Under the pieces are notes generated by a model. The model saw nothing but the letters and a program-made list of their open reading frames with translations. It ran no database searches and was not told where the DNA came from. DNA of 45,898 nt from Asterionella formosa (Eukaryota), in the NCBI GenBank assembly GCA_002256025.1, contig NKIB01008387.1, positions 62,001-107,898 of the forward strand, in the 5' to 3' direction. Of this stretch, positions 1-12,671 are shown one piece after another. Made by a program: the position numbers and the translations under genes. Position 1 is the stretch's first letter. Each line of letters begins with the position of its first letter.

Positions 1-2
1 AC

Positions 3-1769
3 GATGAGGGATTGGATTTCTTTGCTGACCCCTTACGATTAGAGGGTACATCGAGAAACATGGGAGCTACCATTCTCTTTAACCTGGGACGTGTGAATCA
101 TCTCCAGGCCAAGTATGACAAGTCTTTGATCCTTTACCGCAAATCACTTAACGCCTTGAAGGAATGGCACCCGTGCGATTCCCAAACTGCCCTTCCTGTG
201 CTTTTTTCGATTGCACAGATTCAGTATCTTCACAATGAGCATGTTGAGGCTATCATGACATATGATGTGGCACACAATTTCGCTGATGAGTTGTTCGGTG
301 CTGATTCTCTCGAAGTTGCTGCTTGTCTCAACTGCCTTGGCGTGGTCAACTACGTTATGCCACATGGTGACTCGGAAAAGGCTCTTGAGTACCTCCGAAT
401 GTCTCTCAAGCTACGCCGTCAAGTCCTCGGAGCGAACCATGTTGATGTTGGTACCACTTGGAACAACATCGGTCGAGTTCACTTTCAACGGGGTTGCTAC
501 GGGGAGGCTATGGAAGCATACAAAGAGGCCCTTCAAATCCGTCGTTCCGTCTTGGGCTCAAATGTGGACGTTGCTGCAACTGTTTTTAATATGGGTCAGG
601 CGCACCATCAACTTATGGAACCTCTCGATGCTATGATTATGTACAAAGAATTTCTCTCGCTTGCCAAATGTCAGTTTGGAGAATTCCATCGTGACATTGC
701 AATTTGCATGACATGTATTGGGCAAATCTACCATGAAGAGAAACAGTTTGAAGATGCCATGGGTGCATTTCGGAAAGCCCTTCATGTCGGTCGGATTGCT
801 CTCGGTCCTCTTCATCCCGAAATCGCCATAACATTGAACAAGGTTGGAAATCTTCATTACGAAATGGGCGATCTCGACTCTGCTCTCCAAGTCTATCAGC
901 AAGGACTTACGGTTGAAAGAGCAGTCCTAGAAGATGGTAATCCCAATGTTATCATGACATTGACGAACATTGCCGAAATTCACAAGCAACGCTCTGATTT
1001 CAAAAATGCTTTGAGTTTTTACAACGAAGTTTTGTCCTTGCAAAAGAAATTTTCGAAAAATAATCGTCAGGAGATTGCTAATACGTTGAGCCGCGTTGGC
1101 TTTGTCCATCATCAACTAGGTGACTACGATCAAGCTTTGGAGTTCAACCAAGAGGCTCTCCGCATTCGTCGCGAACTGCATGGTGACGTTGACGACGATG
1201 TCGCAGTCACATTGACACACATTGCTCTAGTTTTGCTCAAAATGAATATGCACGATATTGCACTGGATGTCCTCACGGAGTCTTATCGTATTCGAAAAGA
1301 ATTGCAAAATAATGACACAAGCGACATTGCTTTTACCCTGTACAACATCGCCATGATTTACCACCACCGTGGCAGTCACGAAGAAGCGCTTGTCTTTTAC
1401 CGCGAGACTGCGCGTGTGGAAGCGACTGCCCTTGGATGTGCCCATCGTGATCTTGGGATTACATATTATAACATTGGGCAGATACACTACCAACGTGGTG
1501 AGATGGATCTTGCGTTGGCTTCATTCCACAAGGCCCTTTCCATTGAACGAGAATGTCTTGGTGATGACCATCCAACTTGTGCACGTACTTTGAATGAGAT
1601 TGGGAACATTGAGCTTCAGATGGGGAATGTCAAGGAACTCATGTCTTGCTTTACTGAAGCATTGCGTATTTACCGTAAATCGGGCTTGGATGACAACAAC
1701 CTAGTCATATATGGTTGTAATCTTTTCCGGTTTGAGGTAGTCCATCCCAATGCTGCTTCCATGGCATAA
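3..1769 (+). CDS. TPR-repeat protein (kinesin light chain/nephrocystin-3-like 42-aa TPRs), 5' end outside window
   Basis: Frame is open from the window edge (GAT GAG GGA TTG...; the ORF-track start at 12 is a TTG). About 12 tandem TPRs, e.g. VGTTWNNIGRVHFQRGCYGEAMEAYKEALQIRRSVLG and IAITLNKVGNLHYEMGDLDSALQVYQQGL. Stop TAA at 1767-1769. Confidence 0.9.
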   Translation, partial: DEGLDFFADPLRLEGTSRNMGATILFNLGRVNHLQAKYDKSLILYRKSLNALKEWHPCDSQTALPVLFSIAQIQYLHNEHVEAIMTYDVAHNFADELFGADSLEVAACLNCLGVVNYVMPHGDSEKALEYLRMSLKLRRQVLGANHVDVGTTWNNIGRVHFQRGCYGEAMEAYKEALQIRRSVLGSNVDVAATVFNMGQAHHQLMEPLDAMIMYKEFLSLAKCQFGEFHRDIAICMTCIGQIYHEEKQFEDAMGAFRKALHVGRIALGPLHPEIAITLNKVGNLHYEMGDLDSALQVYQQGLTVERAVLEDGNPNVIMTLTNIAEIHKQRSDFKNALSFYNEVLSLQKKFSKNNRQEIANTLSRVGFVHHQLGDYDQALEFNQEALRIRRELHGDVDDDVAVTLTHIALVLLKMNMHDIALDVLTESYRIRKELQNNDTSDIAFTLYNIAMIYHHRGSHEEALVFYRETARVEATALGCAHRDLGITYYNIGQIHYQRGEMDLALASFHKALSIERECLGDDHPTCARTLNEIGNIELQMGNVKELMSCFTEALRIYRKSGLDDNNLVIYGCNLFRFEVVHPNAASMA

Positions 1770-1888
1770 GCCGAGCAATTCGAGCAAACAAGCTAAATTA
1801 TAGTTTGTTGTGCTCTGATAATAAAATTTTTTTATATCATGTGTGTATTATAGCACAAATTATTTTGGTGATTTGATACATAATACTG

Positions 1889-3050
1889 TCATTGAGTTTC
1901 TTTAAATTCTCTTTCCATAGCAAGTCTTGCATATCTGCTCTCATTCCCACTAAGTAATTTCCTTGCTACCATTTCATTTAGCATCATTTCAACAGTATCC
2001 ACTTGCTGTGTTGAAACAGTATCATGTAGGTCACTTGGTAAGATCAATACAGTATTGAATTGATCAACCATTTCCTTGAACATTGTTCAACAAAGGACCA
2101 ATAGTTATGTAGAGAAAATCTGGTATGTTTACAATTTCTGGTTCAGAAATCGAAACCAGGACAAGGCAAGCAATCGGGCCACAATTATGCCCATCTTTTT
2201 GATACACAATGATTGACTTTGAAATAATCCAGCTATCCTCATCTGAAACCAGTTCAAATTCTGTTTTACCATTGGAATGGAAAGTTGGCAAAGAGTTCCT
2301 TCAAATTAGTTTTGTTCATTTCAGCATATTGGTAATAAGGTGGTTGTTAAGAGCTAGATTGAGGCCATCATAAATTGTTATGACATTGGAGTCAAGGTTG
2401 CTCTCCATCACTGCAAAGTGATCATTGCCATGAAAAACACTTACAACCCTTTTTACATTGAAATTCAATTTCTTGCATATTTGTGATTCTACTTTGGCCA
2501 TTGGTAACAGACAACGAACAAGCTGAATGGAACCAACATGGTTCTTGTGAGCAATCAGTGCTGCAAAACTTGATTTAAAATCAGTTTCATACCAGGCATT
2601 GGTATGCATTCTCACATTAAGAGTAGTATGCTTCATTGCAAACTGTGATTAAATGGTATCCTGAAAAGCAACATTAATTGCAATTGAGTGCTGGATATAA
2701 CCTTTTGAATTTTCGTCCTCCCCAAGCGTGAATTGACCCTTCACCTGATTCCTATGCTTCTTTAACTGATAAGGCATTTCTTCTTGTTGTTGTCATTTTC
2801 CTTTTTCTTGTTTGTGGAGGAATTGCAAGAATGTTTTCACAACTTATACCATCCCTGTCTAGCCCTTCTTCTGTCTTGCAATTGACAAAAGATTGCAGCA
2901 TGTTGTCTGTGCCTATCACTGAGTTGCCTGTGGAAGAAGACAGCAGCAACCCGTCTGTTGCACAAATTAGCTGTAGCTGTTGCAACAAGTAGAGAATCAA
3001 ACAAATTTTCGTTCCACCTTCAGAGTACTGTAGTGTAGCGTGTTTCATAC
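1889..3050 (-). pseudogene. Fragmented Ulp1/SENP-like (C48) cysteine protease, probably transposon-borne
   Basis: Consecutive broken ORFs carry the C48 catalytic motifs in the expected order: His (GNDHFAVM, ~2410-2430), Asp (ITIYDGL, ~2360-2380) and Gln/Cys (QKDGHNCGPIAC, ~2165-2200). Frameshifts and stops lie between them; the sequence is AT-rich and CpG-poor. Confidence 0.75.
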
Positions 3051-3492
3051 TACTGTGAAAGTGTCAAATCTGTTCGTAACTTTGTTGCTTTGAATTGTGC
3101 ATCATCTAAACTACGTGAAGCAATGCGCCTTCGGCGACTTCAATTTTCGTTGTCAATATTAGTGTTCTTACAATTATTTTCTTACGATTGTATTATCTAT
3201 GTTGTGTTAGATATATTTACCAGATACCATGCATAGCGTCGTTTTCATTTTCCATGGAGAAATTTGTTATTTTTGACATGGTCAAGGCAGAGACAGCATG
3301 ATGCAGGATGCCAGCTGCACACAAGAACTACACTGTAGCGTTTAATATACAGAAAGAAATAGCAACATCTACGCTTAACAATTATACACTAGCGTCTATA
3401 AGGGCTAGCTCTGTTACCAGGTACCCTGAATGTAGCAATGGTATATATGTGATAAGTGATATGTATGATATGGCAAATACGGTAGTATACCG

Positions 3493-3781
3493 GTAAGCAA
3501 ATTATAAACAAGCACTGAACATATCACGACGAAAGCATGATGTGCCGCCGGACACAGAGAAATACAGTAACCAATTGTTTATTTCTACTAATGTGTGCTC
3601 TATAAATTTTTTTGCATTCCTTGTTGGGTCAGCATACTGCAGGTAGCAGTATGTCCTAAGTCCATATATTGAAGTACTGGCACATACATACATATTGGAC
3701 ATATGTATCTTCCAACATACTACTATTGATGTTCACCATTAAATTACTTTATCAGAGGTATGCTGCAAACTTCCTCTGCTA
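3493..3781. repeat. Dispersed repeat, contiguous copy (segments A 3493-3588 + B 3589-3781)
   Basis: Segment A recurs at 4690-4782 and segment B at 6755-6953, both at high identity on visual alignment. Confidence 0.9.
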
Positions 3782-4394
3782 CTCCCCTTCATTCAATTCT
3801 TTGCCCACAATTATGGTCAACAGGTGATTATTCCCATGTGTCTCAAATTAGCACAGATCTGCTGCTGCAATAATTTTTATCATTAAAAATCTCCAGCCAA
3901 CTCTAATAAATTGCTCATCAATTCATGTTACAGAGTAGAGTGTGCATGGTTCCCATTTCCATCCAATGGCTTGTTCATCTGGCATTTGGCATTGATATGG
4001 CACTGTCTGGGGTTAAACACTTTGTGATTGGGTTGCCATCTTAAGAATCATACTAGGGCAGCCTTTTCCATCTTAGGCTTTGAAATATCTGTTGTGTTTC
4101 TGTGGTGCATTATCTCTCCCCTGTCTGCTGTGGTTCTACAGTCATAGGTCAAATCTCCCCTATCTGCTGTCTTTCCACTCAGTTGTGCTAGTGTGATGAA
4201 GAAAGACAGGAGTGTTCAATATCCCCCCGCTTCTCCCAAGAGGGAAGGTGAGCGCTGAGCCGACAAGGCAAGCAGAGTCCTTGGCTGTTGGGAGATGAAG
4301 TAAAGAAGGAACAATGAAGTAAGGAAGGAAGAAAAACCCTTGTTAGGCTCTTGTGGGCGTTGTGAGCGTCTTTTTATACTCAGTACAGAGTAGA

Positions 4395-4418
4395 ATGGGA
4401 TGGGATGGGATGGGATGG
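4395..4418. repeat. (GGGAT)n pentanucleotide microsatellite
   Basis: atgggatgggatgggatgggatgg seen directly. Confidence 0.9.
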
Positions 4419-4782
4419 GGGGCACAACCAATTAGAGCATGTATCCAATGGAAGTGGGTAGTGAGGCCTTGCAACTGTGATGACAAGTGGCGGTGTGCAA
4501 CAACGCTGGAGCGACACTTTGGGCAGCGAAGGTCCGCCGGAAAATGCCTTCAACAACAAACTTATGGCGCGCAATGTTTCAACGCGTTGACTATTTGTAT
4601 GCAGCAGCACTTGCTTCTGTAGGACGACGAAGCCCTTTGCAGAAGTATGATGGGTCCAAGGCAAAGGAGCGGTAAGGTCTGATAACCTAGTAAGCAAAAT
4701 ATAAACAAGCGCTGAACATATCACGACGAAAGCATATGCCGCCGGACACAGAGAAATACAGTTACCAATTGTTTATTTCTAC

Positions 4783-5195
4783 CAGGAGGCATCAGGATGG
4801 TGTGTAAATTTTCGGTGCTTGTGGACTGATCTATAGTGCTGTAGAAACAAAAAATTCCCTAACAATCTTTCTCCACCAATTTAAGACCGATTTCTATTGA
4901 GCATAGTATTCGATGTACACGAGATCATTGCCGTCATTTCGAATATCGATATGCTCAGAATGAACATATATTGATCAAATTAGTCATCAGGATGGTGTAT
5001 AAATTTTCGGTGCTTGCTGTTAACTGATTCATGACCAGTGTTGTAACAACACAAATTTCCGAACCAATTCTCCACCAATTTAAGGCCGATTTCTATCCAG
5101 CATAGTATTCGATCTACACGAGATCAATGCCATAATTTCGAATGTTGATATGCTCATAACGAACATATTTTGATCAAAGGAGGCATCAGGATGCA
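4783..5195. repeat. Tandem repeat, ~195-bp unit x2 plus the start of a third
   Basis: Units beginning catcaggatggtgt(g/a)taaattttcggtgcttg at ~4790 and ~4985, then aggaggcatcaggatg again at ~5178. Confidence 0.9.
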
Positions 5196-5596
5196 ATTGT
5201 GGCACTTCTCTTTTTGATTTACTACCATAGGATGTGTTAGTATGACGTGATGATAGTTAGTACATTAGCAGGGATGCACCAAAACTCAAAGCTATTATTC
5301 TCTACCGAATTGCATTCAGCTACTAAATTGCTAATGATTTGTTGTACATGAGGTCATTTTCTATATTTCGTGTTTCGATGTGGTTAGAACGGAGTTGTAT
5401 TGGTCAAATCAGACATAAGCAAATATTTTTGGAGTGTATTAACTGGTGATATGCAGAAAAAGTGCGAAATATTGTGAAAAATACATGGTATGGAGTGGTT
5501 GAATTCAATGAAGTTGATAGTCCTCATCTCCTTGGCCCTTGCCTTTATGACCAAATTGTTATTGCTACAGTAATCAATATAGATTTAATCTAGCCG

Positions 5597-6232
5597 ATCG
5601 GAAAAGGAGAAGGCCATTGCGGCACACCTCAATTTGGACTCACCATGGCGACATACAATGAAGGTTAAAATATGCAACAGCTGTTTCTTAACGAATTAAC
5701 GAATTCAATTGTTGTCAGCCACTCATCCTTTGCTTCTTTTCCTATATTGTATTTGCTAGAGTTATCGCTGTACACTATTTGTAGCTGCTCCGAAACGGAG
5801 AAGGCCATTGCGGCACATCTCAACTTTGACTCACTACGGCGACATGCAAGGTTAAAATATGTAACAGCTGTTCCTTAACATAACTATTTACGAATTCAAT
5901 TGTTGACAGCTACTCATCCTTTGCTTATTTTTCTATATTGTACTTTCTAGACTTATTGCTGTAGATTTTTTGTAGCTTCTCCGAAACGGAGAAGGCCATT
6001 GCGGCACATATCAATTTCGACTCACTATTGCGACATGCATTGAATGTTCAAACATGCAACAGCTGTTTCTAAACAAATTTACGAATTCAATCGTTGACAG
6101 CTACTCATCCTTTGCTTCTTTTTCTATATTGTACTTGCTAGAGTTATCGCTGTAGACTATTTGTAGCTGCTCCGAAGAGGAGAAGACCATTGTGGCACAT
6201 CTCAATTTTGACTCATTACGGTGACATGCAAT
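5597..6232. repeat. Tandem repeat, ~190-bp unit x3.3
   Basis: ggagaag(g/a)ccattg(c/t)ggcaca recurs at ~5606, ~5798, ~5987 and ~6179 with conserved intervening sequence. Confidence 0.9.
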
Positions 6233-6645
6233 GCTCAATGATGCTCAACGAGGACCAACGGTGCTTTATTTCTAATCTGGCAGGGTATTGTAGACTCTAC
6301 AATCATCAATGACTAAACAATGTGTCTACAACATCAACTACTACTACGTGTGCTGAATTCTACTGTGTGAATCTTCCTCTTGCATGTTTTGTTATTTGCC
6401 AGTTGAGATCAAAGAAACATGTCGGAGCAGAAAAAATAATAAGTGAATCGGAATTGGCGACTCTTTCGTTCATTATATGGTGAAAGTAGCATAATATTGC
6501 AGCGGAGCAGCTCAATTTCGCTTTTATACTGTCGCAATGGCTAATTGGTCAACATATATTGTCACGAACACACATAATTATTGGTGTGATCACATAATTA
6601 TCCGAGAAGTGAAATAAATTTTTGTTTAACCGGAATAAATGAGGG

Positions 6646-6700
6646 AAAAAGTAACGTAATATTTTAGAAAAGTAACATAATATTTTAGAAAAGTAGCATA
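6646..6700. repeat. 21-bp minisatellite (aaaagtaacrtaatattttag) x2.6
   Basis: Direct inspection. Confidence 0.85.
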
Positions 6701-7468
6701 AATACGTCCTTTAGACATTAATTCGAAAAAGTGCCGTAAACGGCGTCTTAGATGTAATGTGTGCTCTATAAATTTATTGCATTCCTTGTTGGGTCAGCAT
6801 ACTGCAGCTAGCAGTATGTCGTAAATCCATATATTGAAGTACTGGCACATACATACGTATTGGACATATGTATCTTCCAACATACTACTAACTACTATTG
6901 ATGTTCACCATTGAATGACTTTATCAGAGGTATGCTGCAATATTCCTCTGCTAGAACTAATGAAATTTACTTAGGTCCAGTATTAAGGAAATCTCTTCAT
7001 TGTCCTGGACCCCTCTTAAGTAAAATCAGTCAAATTCAGTCACGGCAGTGTACATTGGGGGGTCCAGGACAATGAAGTATATGGGTAATCCATTTGCTCA
7101 AGGTTCCTGCAATTGAACCCCTAGTTCGAGGTAGGGTTAAAAACATAATATTAAGTCAAAGTAGTCAAACATACACTTCATACGAGGAAAACGTAAGTTT
7201 ATATCGCTAAACGGAGCTTTCACCAATATACACCCTTTCCATATGCTTAGAAACAGTCATTGATCAAAGTAGGGGTATAGGTCAATGCTATATATCGTCA
7301 GGATATAGGATCTGGCAAGGAAGTGCAGAAAGGGATTTCTGTTTTTTAACTATTCTAAAAATAGTTGATTTTACCGGGCCAACTCGTTTATTTGGTCTAG
7401 TAAAAAACCGAAGTTCCTTTCTGCACTTTCTCGCCGAAACTTAACTTCTGGGGCTATAAAAAGATTAC

Positions 7469-10050
7469 CTATGTACTTAACTCTCCTTCAAACCCTGCCA
7501 ATGTTGAGCTATCGTCGTCCAAAAATTCTGCAAAATCGGCCTTTTCAACCGTCTCCAGAATGTCGGAATCAGAATAAATAATCGCCAATATGTCATCATC
7601 GGAATAAGAATCTTGTAATTCAATTTTTCGTCCTACAATCTCTTGTACTAAAAAATCCATTGTAAGTACTAACCGCTTCGCAATACATATTTTGATTGGT
7701 AAACTTTAATTACTTACCAACATTTGATTGGCCCGGTTTGCGCGGCCTTGCAAAGCCAATCTGGCCACACTGGATGCACATGTAACATTTTCTTGGGTGT
7801 TGGCCGGTACAATATCCACAGAAGGTAGCTGATCATCAGGCATCGTATGCATTCCAAAACTAGCAGTAGAATGCACTTTGCTTGCATTGAATGGACAGAG
7901 GTTGCTGCTTTTCCTTTGATGATCATTGCGGCCACAATGATTGCAGACATTTGTTCCTTTCCTTGTTGTTTCCTGTTGTTCCCTTCTTAACACAACACCA
8001 GAACTGTAAGCCTTACCTGATTTGTTGTCTTGCCTTTCTTGTTTGACTGTTCCAAATTGTGCTGCATGTATTTTTTCGTTTCGTTTCGTTTCCTCTGTCA
8101 TTTGAATTGCGCTTTTTAGACTCCATCATCACTTTGGCACTTTTCCTTTGGTCTCCAGAAGTATTGCTTCTTGCAGTGTTGATATCTGCATTCCACATTG
8201 CTTGTATACATCCCTTGTGTATTGTGTTGCTCCTTGTGTGTGTTGCCCCGCAACTGAAGCCACTAGATATATTTAAGGCCTCTGGATCCTACAAGCACCT
8301 TGTTTTCCAGACATCGTCGCAACACTGCATTGTTCATTGCCTCATTAATCTGTGTGTCAAAGGGATGATGCAATGATAGCAGCTTTTCGCCTTCGACTTT
8401 CGTTGAAACATGGAACATCAACCATTCGTAGAATTCTTTTTCCTTTTCCTTGTCATGATATTCCCCGATTTTAACCATTTTTCCTGCTTTTACAGGGCAC
8501 CATGTTTCAGAGCAGTAATCATGGCAGCCAAATAAATGGTTGATTGATGCCGTGGAGGAACTACTAAATTCAGTCAGAGAGAAGTTCCGTTATTTTTTAA
8601 ATCCAAGCGCGGTAGTAAACTTTCAACCGGAGACAATCAGATTTCGAAGGATGCTCAAGGGAGACCAGGCCATTAGATTTCAGAAAAGCAGGACGGAGGA
8701 GGACCCGTATTCTGTGTGATGGGTCAGAAAGAAATGTAGGTTTGGGCACAGTAAGTGGAAGGCATCCTTTATCCGATTTTCTTCATCCTTTCAATGTTCT
8801 TGGCCATTGGAAGGATGACTGCTGTAATTTCAATAACTCCTTAGGGGACTATTCAGAAACAGCTCTAAGAGTAGAATCATCATCACAGATGATTGCAGAG
8901 TAGATAACATTCTTTTTCATACATTTCCACACTAGCATCTGGTTCCATTGCCTTCGAACTACCAGTTACATGATTCTTGGGACAATCATGTTCCTTGGTT
9001 AGTTTCTTGTACCGTATAGACCTGTCGCATACATTCCGCCAATACAAAAAGCATGTCCACTTACTGAGTTATACTTATTCCCTCTGGACCACTGCTGCCA
9101 ACCCATATCGTAAATAACTGTTAGTTGCGGCATATTGAGTGCAGACAAGCGGTCCATAGCAGTAAGACTGTTCCACCACTGAAAATCATGTCCTTTGTCA
9201 GCCCAGTCTCCTTGTTCATGTATCTGATATATGGTTGCAGCAACTTCAGCCTTTCCGACCAGTTCCTCTATAATACCGAAGTTACCAACTTGTGTAGACC
9301 AAAATCCAAAGGTAGCTAAGTGTTAAGTCGCTCCATTGCGGAGCAGATGATATCTGCATCAGCCAGTCCCATTCCGGCTTCGTGACAACCCAAGAAAAAC
9401 TGTTTGTTGATAGAAAAGTCTTTTGCTTTTATTGAATTATTTCTTATCTCATATTTCTGTCTTCATCGCTGTTGCTTCTTGCAGATTCAATTTTAGAAAT
9501 CAGTTTCTGACAGGTCAAGCAGGAGAATTGGAATTGGCTTGCCAAGCCGAAAGTTTCAGTAGAGAAAAAAATCAACGGTTGGTTTATTTTTGAAATTGGA
9601 AAGTCGAACACATCCTGGTCTAGAAATGCTTCACATTGCTGTTCGATGGACAGCTTTTGTTTTCTATTTGATTTAAAGTAAGTTAGTACAAAGTCACGAA
9701 GTGATCATTTGCAATATTCTTTTACAAAATTATTAACACAACTTTTGCGATACATTATCTTTCTGCAGCAATTTCGACAATGAATTAAATTTGTTTATAT
9801 GATTGCTGTTCAGTTGAGAGTATCTTTTAATTGGTGATGTGATTGGCATAAGTCATTTTAGAGTTAACCAATTCTGATTTTCATCGGCGACTATATTTCG
9901 TCCTCCTTTAAAACCAACTCCAATTTCGGAAATGAGATGGCCACCACTGGAACGTGGTATGATTTCTCTGTAGTTGTTGGTGTTGCTTTCGTGGTTGATT
10001 TGTTAGAACGTTTAAAAATAAAATTCTATTTGTCATTTCATGCCACCTCA
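7469..10050 (-). mobile_element. Degenerate Mutator-like (MULE) DDE transposase
   Basis: Minus-strand translation across frameshifts gives the ordered motifs TFGLASQFQFSCLTC (~9510-9556), FSINKQFFLGCHEAGMG, TVIYDMGWQQWSRGNKYNSVSGHAFCIGG (first Asp, ~9035-9122), HDCPKNHVTGSSKAMEP, IICDDDSTLRAV (second Asp, ~8875-8890), FLSDPSHRIRV, NHLFGCHDYCSETWCP, LHHPFDTQINEAMNN (Glu, ~8340) and a C-terminal knuckle CNHCGRNDHQRKSSNLCP. A possible 70-nt intron (7648-7717, GTAAGT...TTTTTAG) precedes an acidic tail. Element ends were not found. Confidence 0.85.
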
Positions 10051-10774
10051 CTACAAGAAGCTACAGCCTTGTTAATGTTAGTTTGACTATGTAGTTGTCT
10101 GATCAATTCTGTTAACCATAGTATAGACAAGTCTGCATTTTGTTTTCGTCTTCAATTCTGCCAAATTCGAGTTCAATTAATTGCCAGCAATCATCGTTTT
10201 ATTACCCTGTCCTCCTTGCTTGCTATAACTTTCCTTCGAAAGTATTCGTCTAATAATAATCAATATCAATGTTTGTTTCTCCAGAAAATTCTTGATTGTT
10301 GCATGGAAAGGACTGAGCCTCGCTCTGTCTTCATGATTTATATTTGTCAGCGGGATTCCACCATTTTTTGCAAGCTGATAAATCAAGTCGGTTAGATAGA
10401 CATGCATACAAAAGAACAAAGAACATGATTGTTTGAATTATTTAAGTGATGATTGAACTCCATGAGGTTGTTCTTAATTAACTTCTTAACAAAGGGCTTC
10501 ATGATGCATGTGCATATAGCTAAGCTCTCATTGTACAAGATTAATCATATCAGCTGTACATAAGAATTTAATACTATGATCGAAGTTCTAATTTTTTGAA
10601 CCTTCGATTCCAATGAATTGCTAGTTCTTGAAATGAATGAGGGAATTTGTTTCAAGTAGCCACCAGAAGAAGTAATAATGATGCCATTATTGAATGTGTT
10701 GAGCAATTGTTGACAGAACTAGTAGCACTGAGACTACTAGTAGCAAGCTATTAAATATTCATGAATCGTTTCAT

Positions 10775-10820
10775 CTATATTCTATCATTTGGTTGAGCTA
10801 TATTCTATCATTTGGTTGAG
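10775..10820. repeat. Perfect 23-bp tandem duplication
   Basis: ctatattctatcatttggttgag x2. Confidence 0.9.
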
Positions 10821-11249
10821 GTTGAAATGAATTTCAGCATTAGGTACAGATGGGTGTGGTTCACCCAAGGAAGAAGTCATTGTATGTACATTTATTGTGC
10901 TGACCATTTTTTAGGTGTCGGTTTAACCTAAAATTCAGGGTGTGAATAAGAACAAGTTTCATACTTAGATGTCTTAACGGCTGCCGTCGGGAAATATTTG
11001 TCGGTTGTTTTGGGAATGAGTGGTACACGAATAAGCAAAATTACCGCAACTTGGCTGCTGGAATATTTAATAATTGAAGTAAAACTCTTCATCGTATACC
11101 GAAGTAGGAGTACATCGTACTGTATGTGGCTATACTTAAAAATATCCAAAGTAATGATGTGTTAGACCTGAATCAACACAGAATCACAACAAGTTCAACA
11201 CTTGGACCATCGTACATAAATTCACTGCTCGCTGAATTGCCTGAATGCA

Positions 11250-12559
11250 ATGCCCCTCTCCCACACCATATCAGCTCTTCCTCTAAGGCCTTCATCGTTG
11301 CTGCGTCTGGAGCAGAGAGGATTCGTTACGACTGCTGAGATTGATTCATCAAAAGAAAATGGCGGCATTGCCAACCTCGCATCTGAACTAAGTGTCTCAC
11401 TTGTTGAGGCTGCCTCTATCGTACGAGAAGTAGAGAGCGCCATCAAGTCTGTCACTGGTAGCGAGGCGCATCCATTTCGAAAAACAACAACGGCCTTATC
11501 GATTTTGAAACGAACCAAGACGACTGAGCGGACCGTTGTGACTTTTTCGAAGGCCTTGGACGGACTACTTGGTGGTGGATTTTCCAAGTCAGAAGTGACA
11601 GAGGTCGTTGGACTTCCTGGCGCAGGGAAGACGCAGTTAGCCATGCAGCTGTGTGTAGATGCAAGACTTCCTACAAGCTTCGGAGGAGTAGCCGGCGAGT
11701 CGGTGTACATAGATACCGAAGGAAGTTTCAGTCCCGAGCGTTGCTATACGATGGCGAAGGTACGAACTCACCTGAGTTACCTTTTATCAAGGCGCTTTCA
11801 TTCCTCTACTGACACACCATGCCCTTGAATTTCAGGCTTTGGTTGAGCATGTACAAAGATCATCCCAGAATCGTCGAGCGAAGTCTCCACAAATATCCAT
11901 CCCTGACCTTCCAAGTTGGTTTCAAGCGGAAAACATTTTAGACGGCATTCACGTCTATCGCGTCCACGATGAAGCCGCCCAAGCAGCCACAATCTATTCT
12001 TTACCGAAATTTCTAAAGCAGAGAACTGAAAAGGGGACTCCCGTCCGTCTCGTGATTGTTGATTCCATTGCTTTTCACTATCGGGTACGTCCCCTCATTT
12101 GCAAGGCGACTGTCGCGGGAAATATTCGTACTTTTCTCACATAGCTGCCTTGTCGAAACTCTCAAGTGCGCTCCTCCAGGATATGATTACATGGCAAGGA
12201 CACGATCACTGACAAATATTGCTGCGTTCCTCTCTGACCTTGCTGCGACTTTTGACCTGGCAGTTGTTGTCATCAATCAAATGACGACCAAGGTAGGCGA
12301 GCACGAGGCTCGATTGGTACCAGCCTTGGGAGAATCATGGGCTCACGCAACGACAACTCGCATTTTACTGTCCCGCACAGATCATCCTACTATACGAAAG
12401 TGCACATTGGTCAAATCTCCACACAAAGCTTCTGGAATGGCAATGTACGACGTTCGCGAGGCAGGGATCCGAGACGTTCTAGTAGCAGGCAAAGAGAACA
12501 AGGTCAATGATAGAATAAGTGTAGAGAAGGGCACCTTCAAGCGGAAACGTCAGTTCTGA
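11250..12559 (+). CDS. RAD51C: RAD51 paralog C; exons 11250-11759, 11836-12084, 12167-12559 (~383 aa)
   Basis: Walker A GLPGAGKT followed by QLAMQLCVDARLPTSFGGVAGESVYIDTEGSF; Walker B VRLVIVDSIAFHYR; VVVINQMTTK; LVPALGESWAHA; LVKSP; GIRD. Both GT-AG introns (76 and 82 nt) are phase 0 and join three ORF-track pieces into one frame. Confidence 0.9.
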
Positions 12560-12671
12560 AGGAATAGTGCGAAAACAATGGCTTCGCGAGGGATCTAAAA
12601 ACGATGTAGATCGCAGGGAAATAGTAACTAGATCTTTATGTATTCATTTCAGGTAATCCCATCGATTGGGA

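Noticed and set aside
5597..6232. Regularly spaced motif resembling a CRISPR array
   Set aside because: The intervening sequences are themselves homologous, so these are ~190-bp tandem repeats.
6925..6954. Helitron-like 3' end (cagagg...cctctg + CTAG)
   Set aside because: The hairpin abuts CTAG without the usual spacing, the next base is A rather than T, and the sister copy at 3778-3782 reads CTAC.
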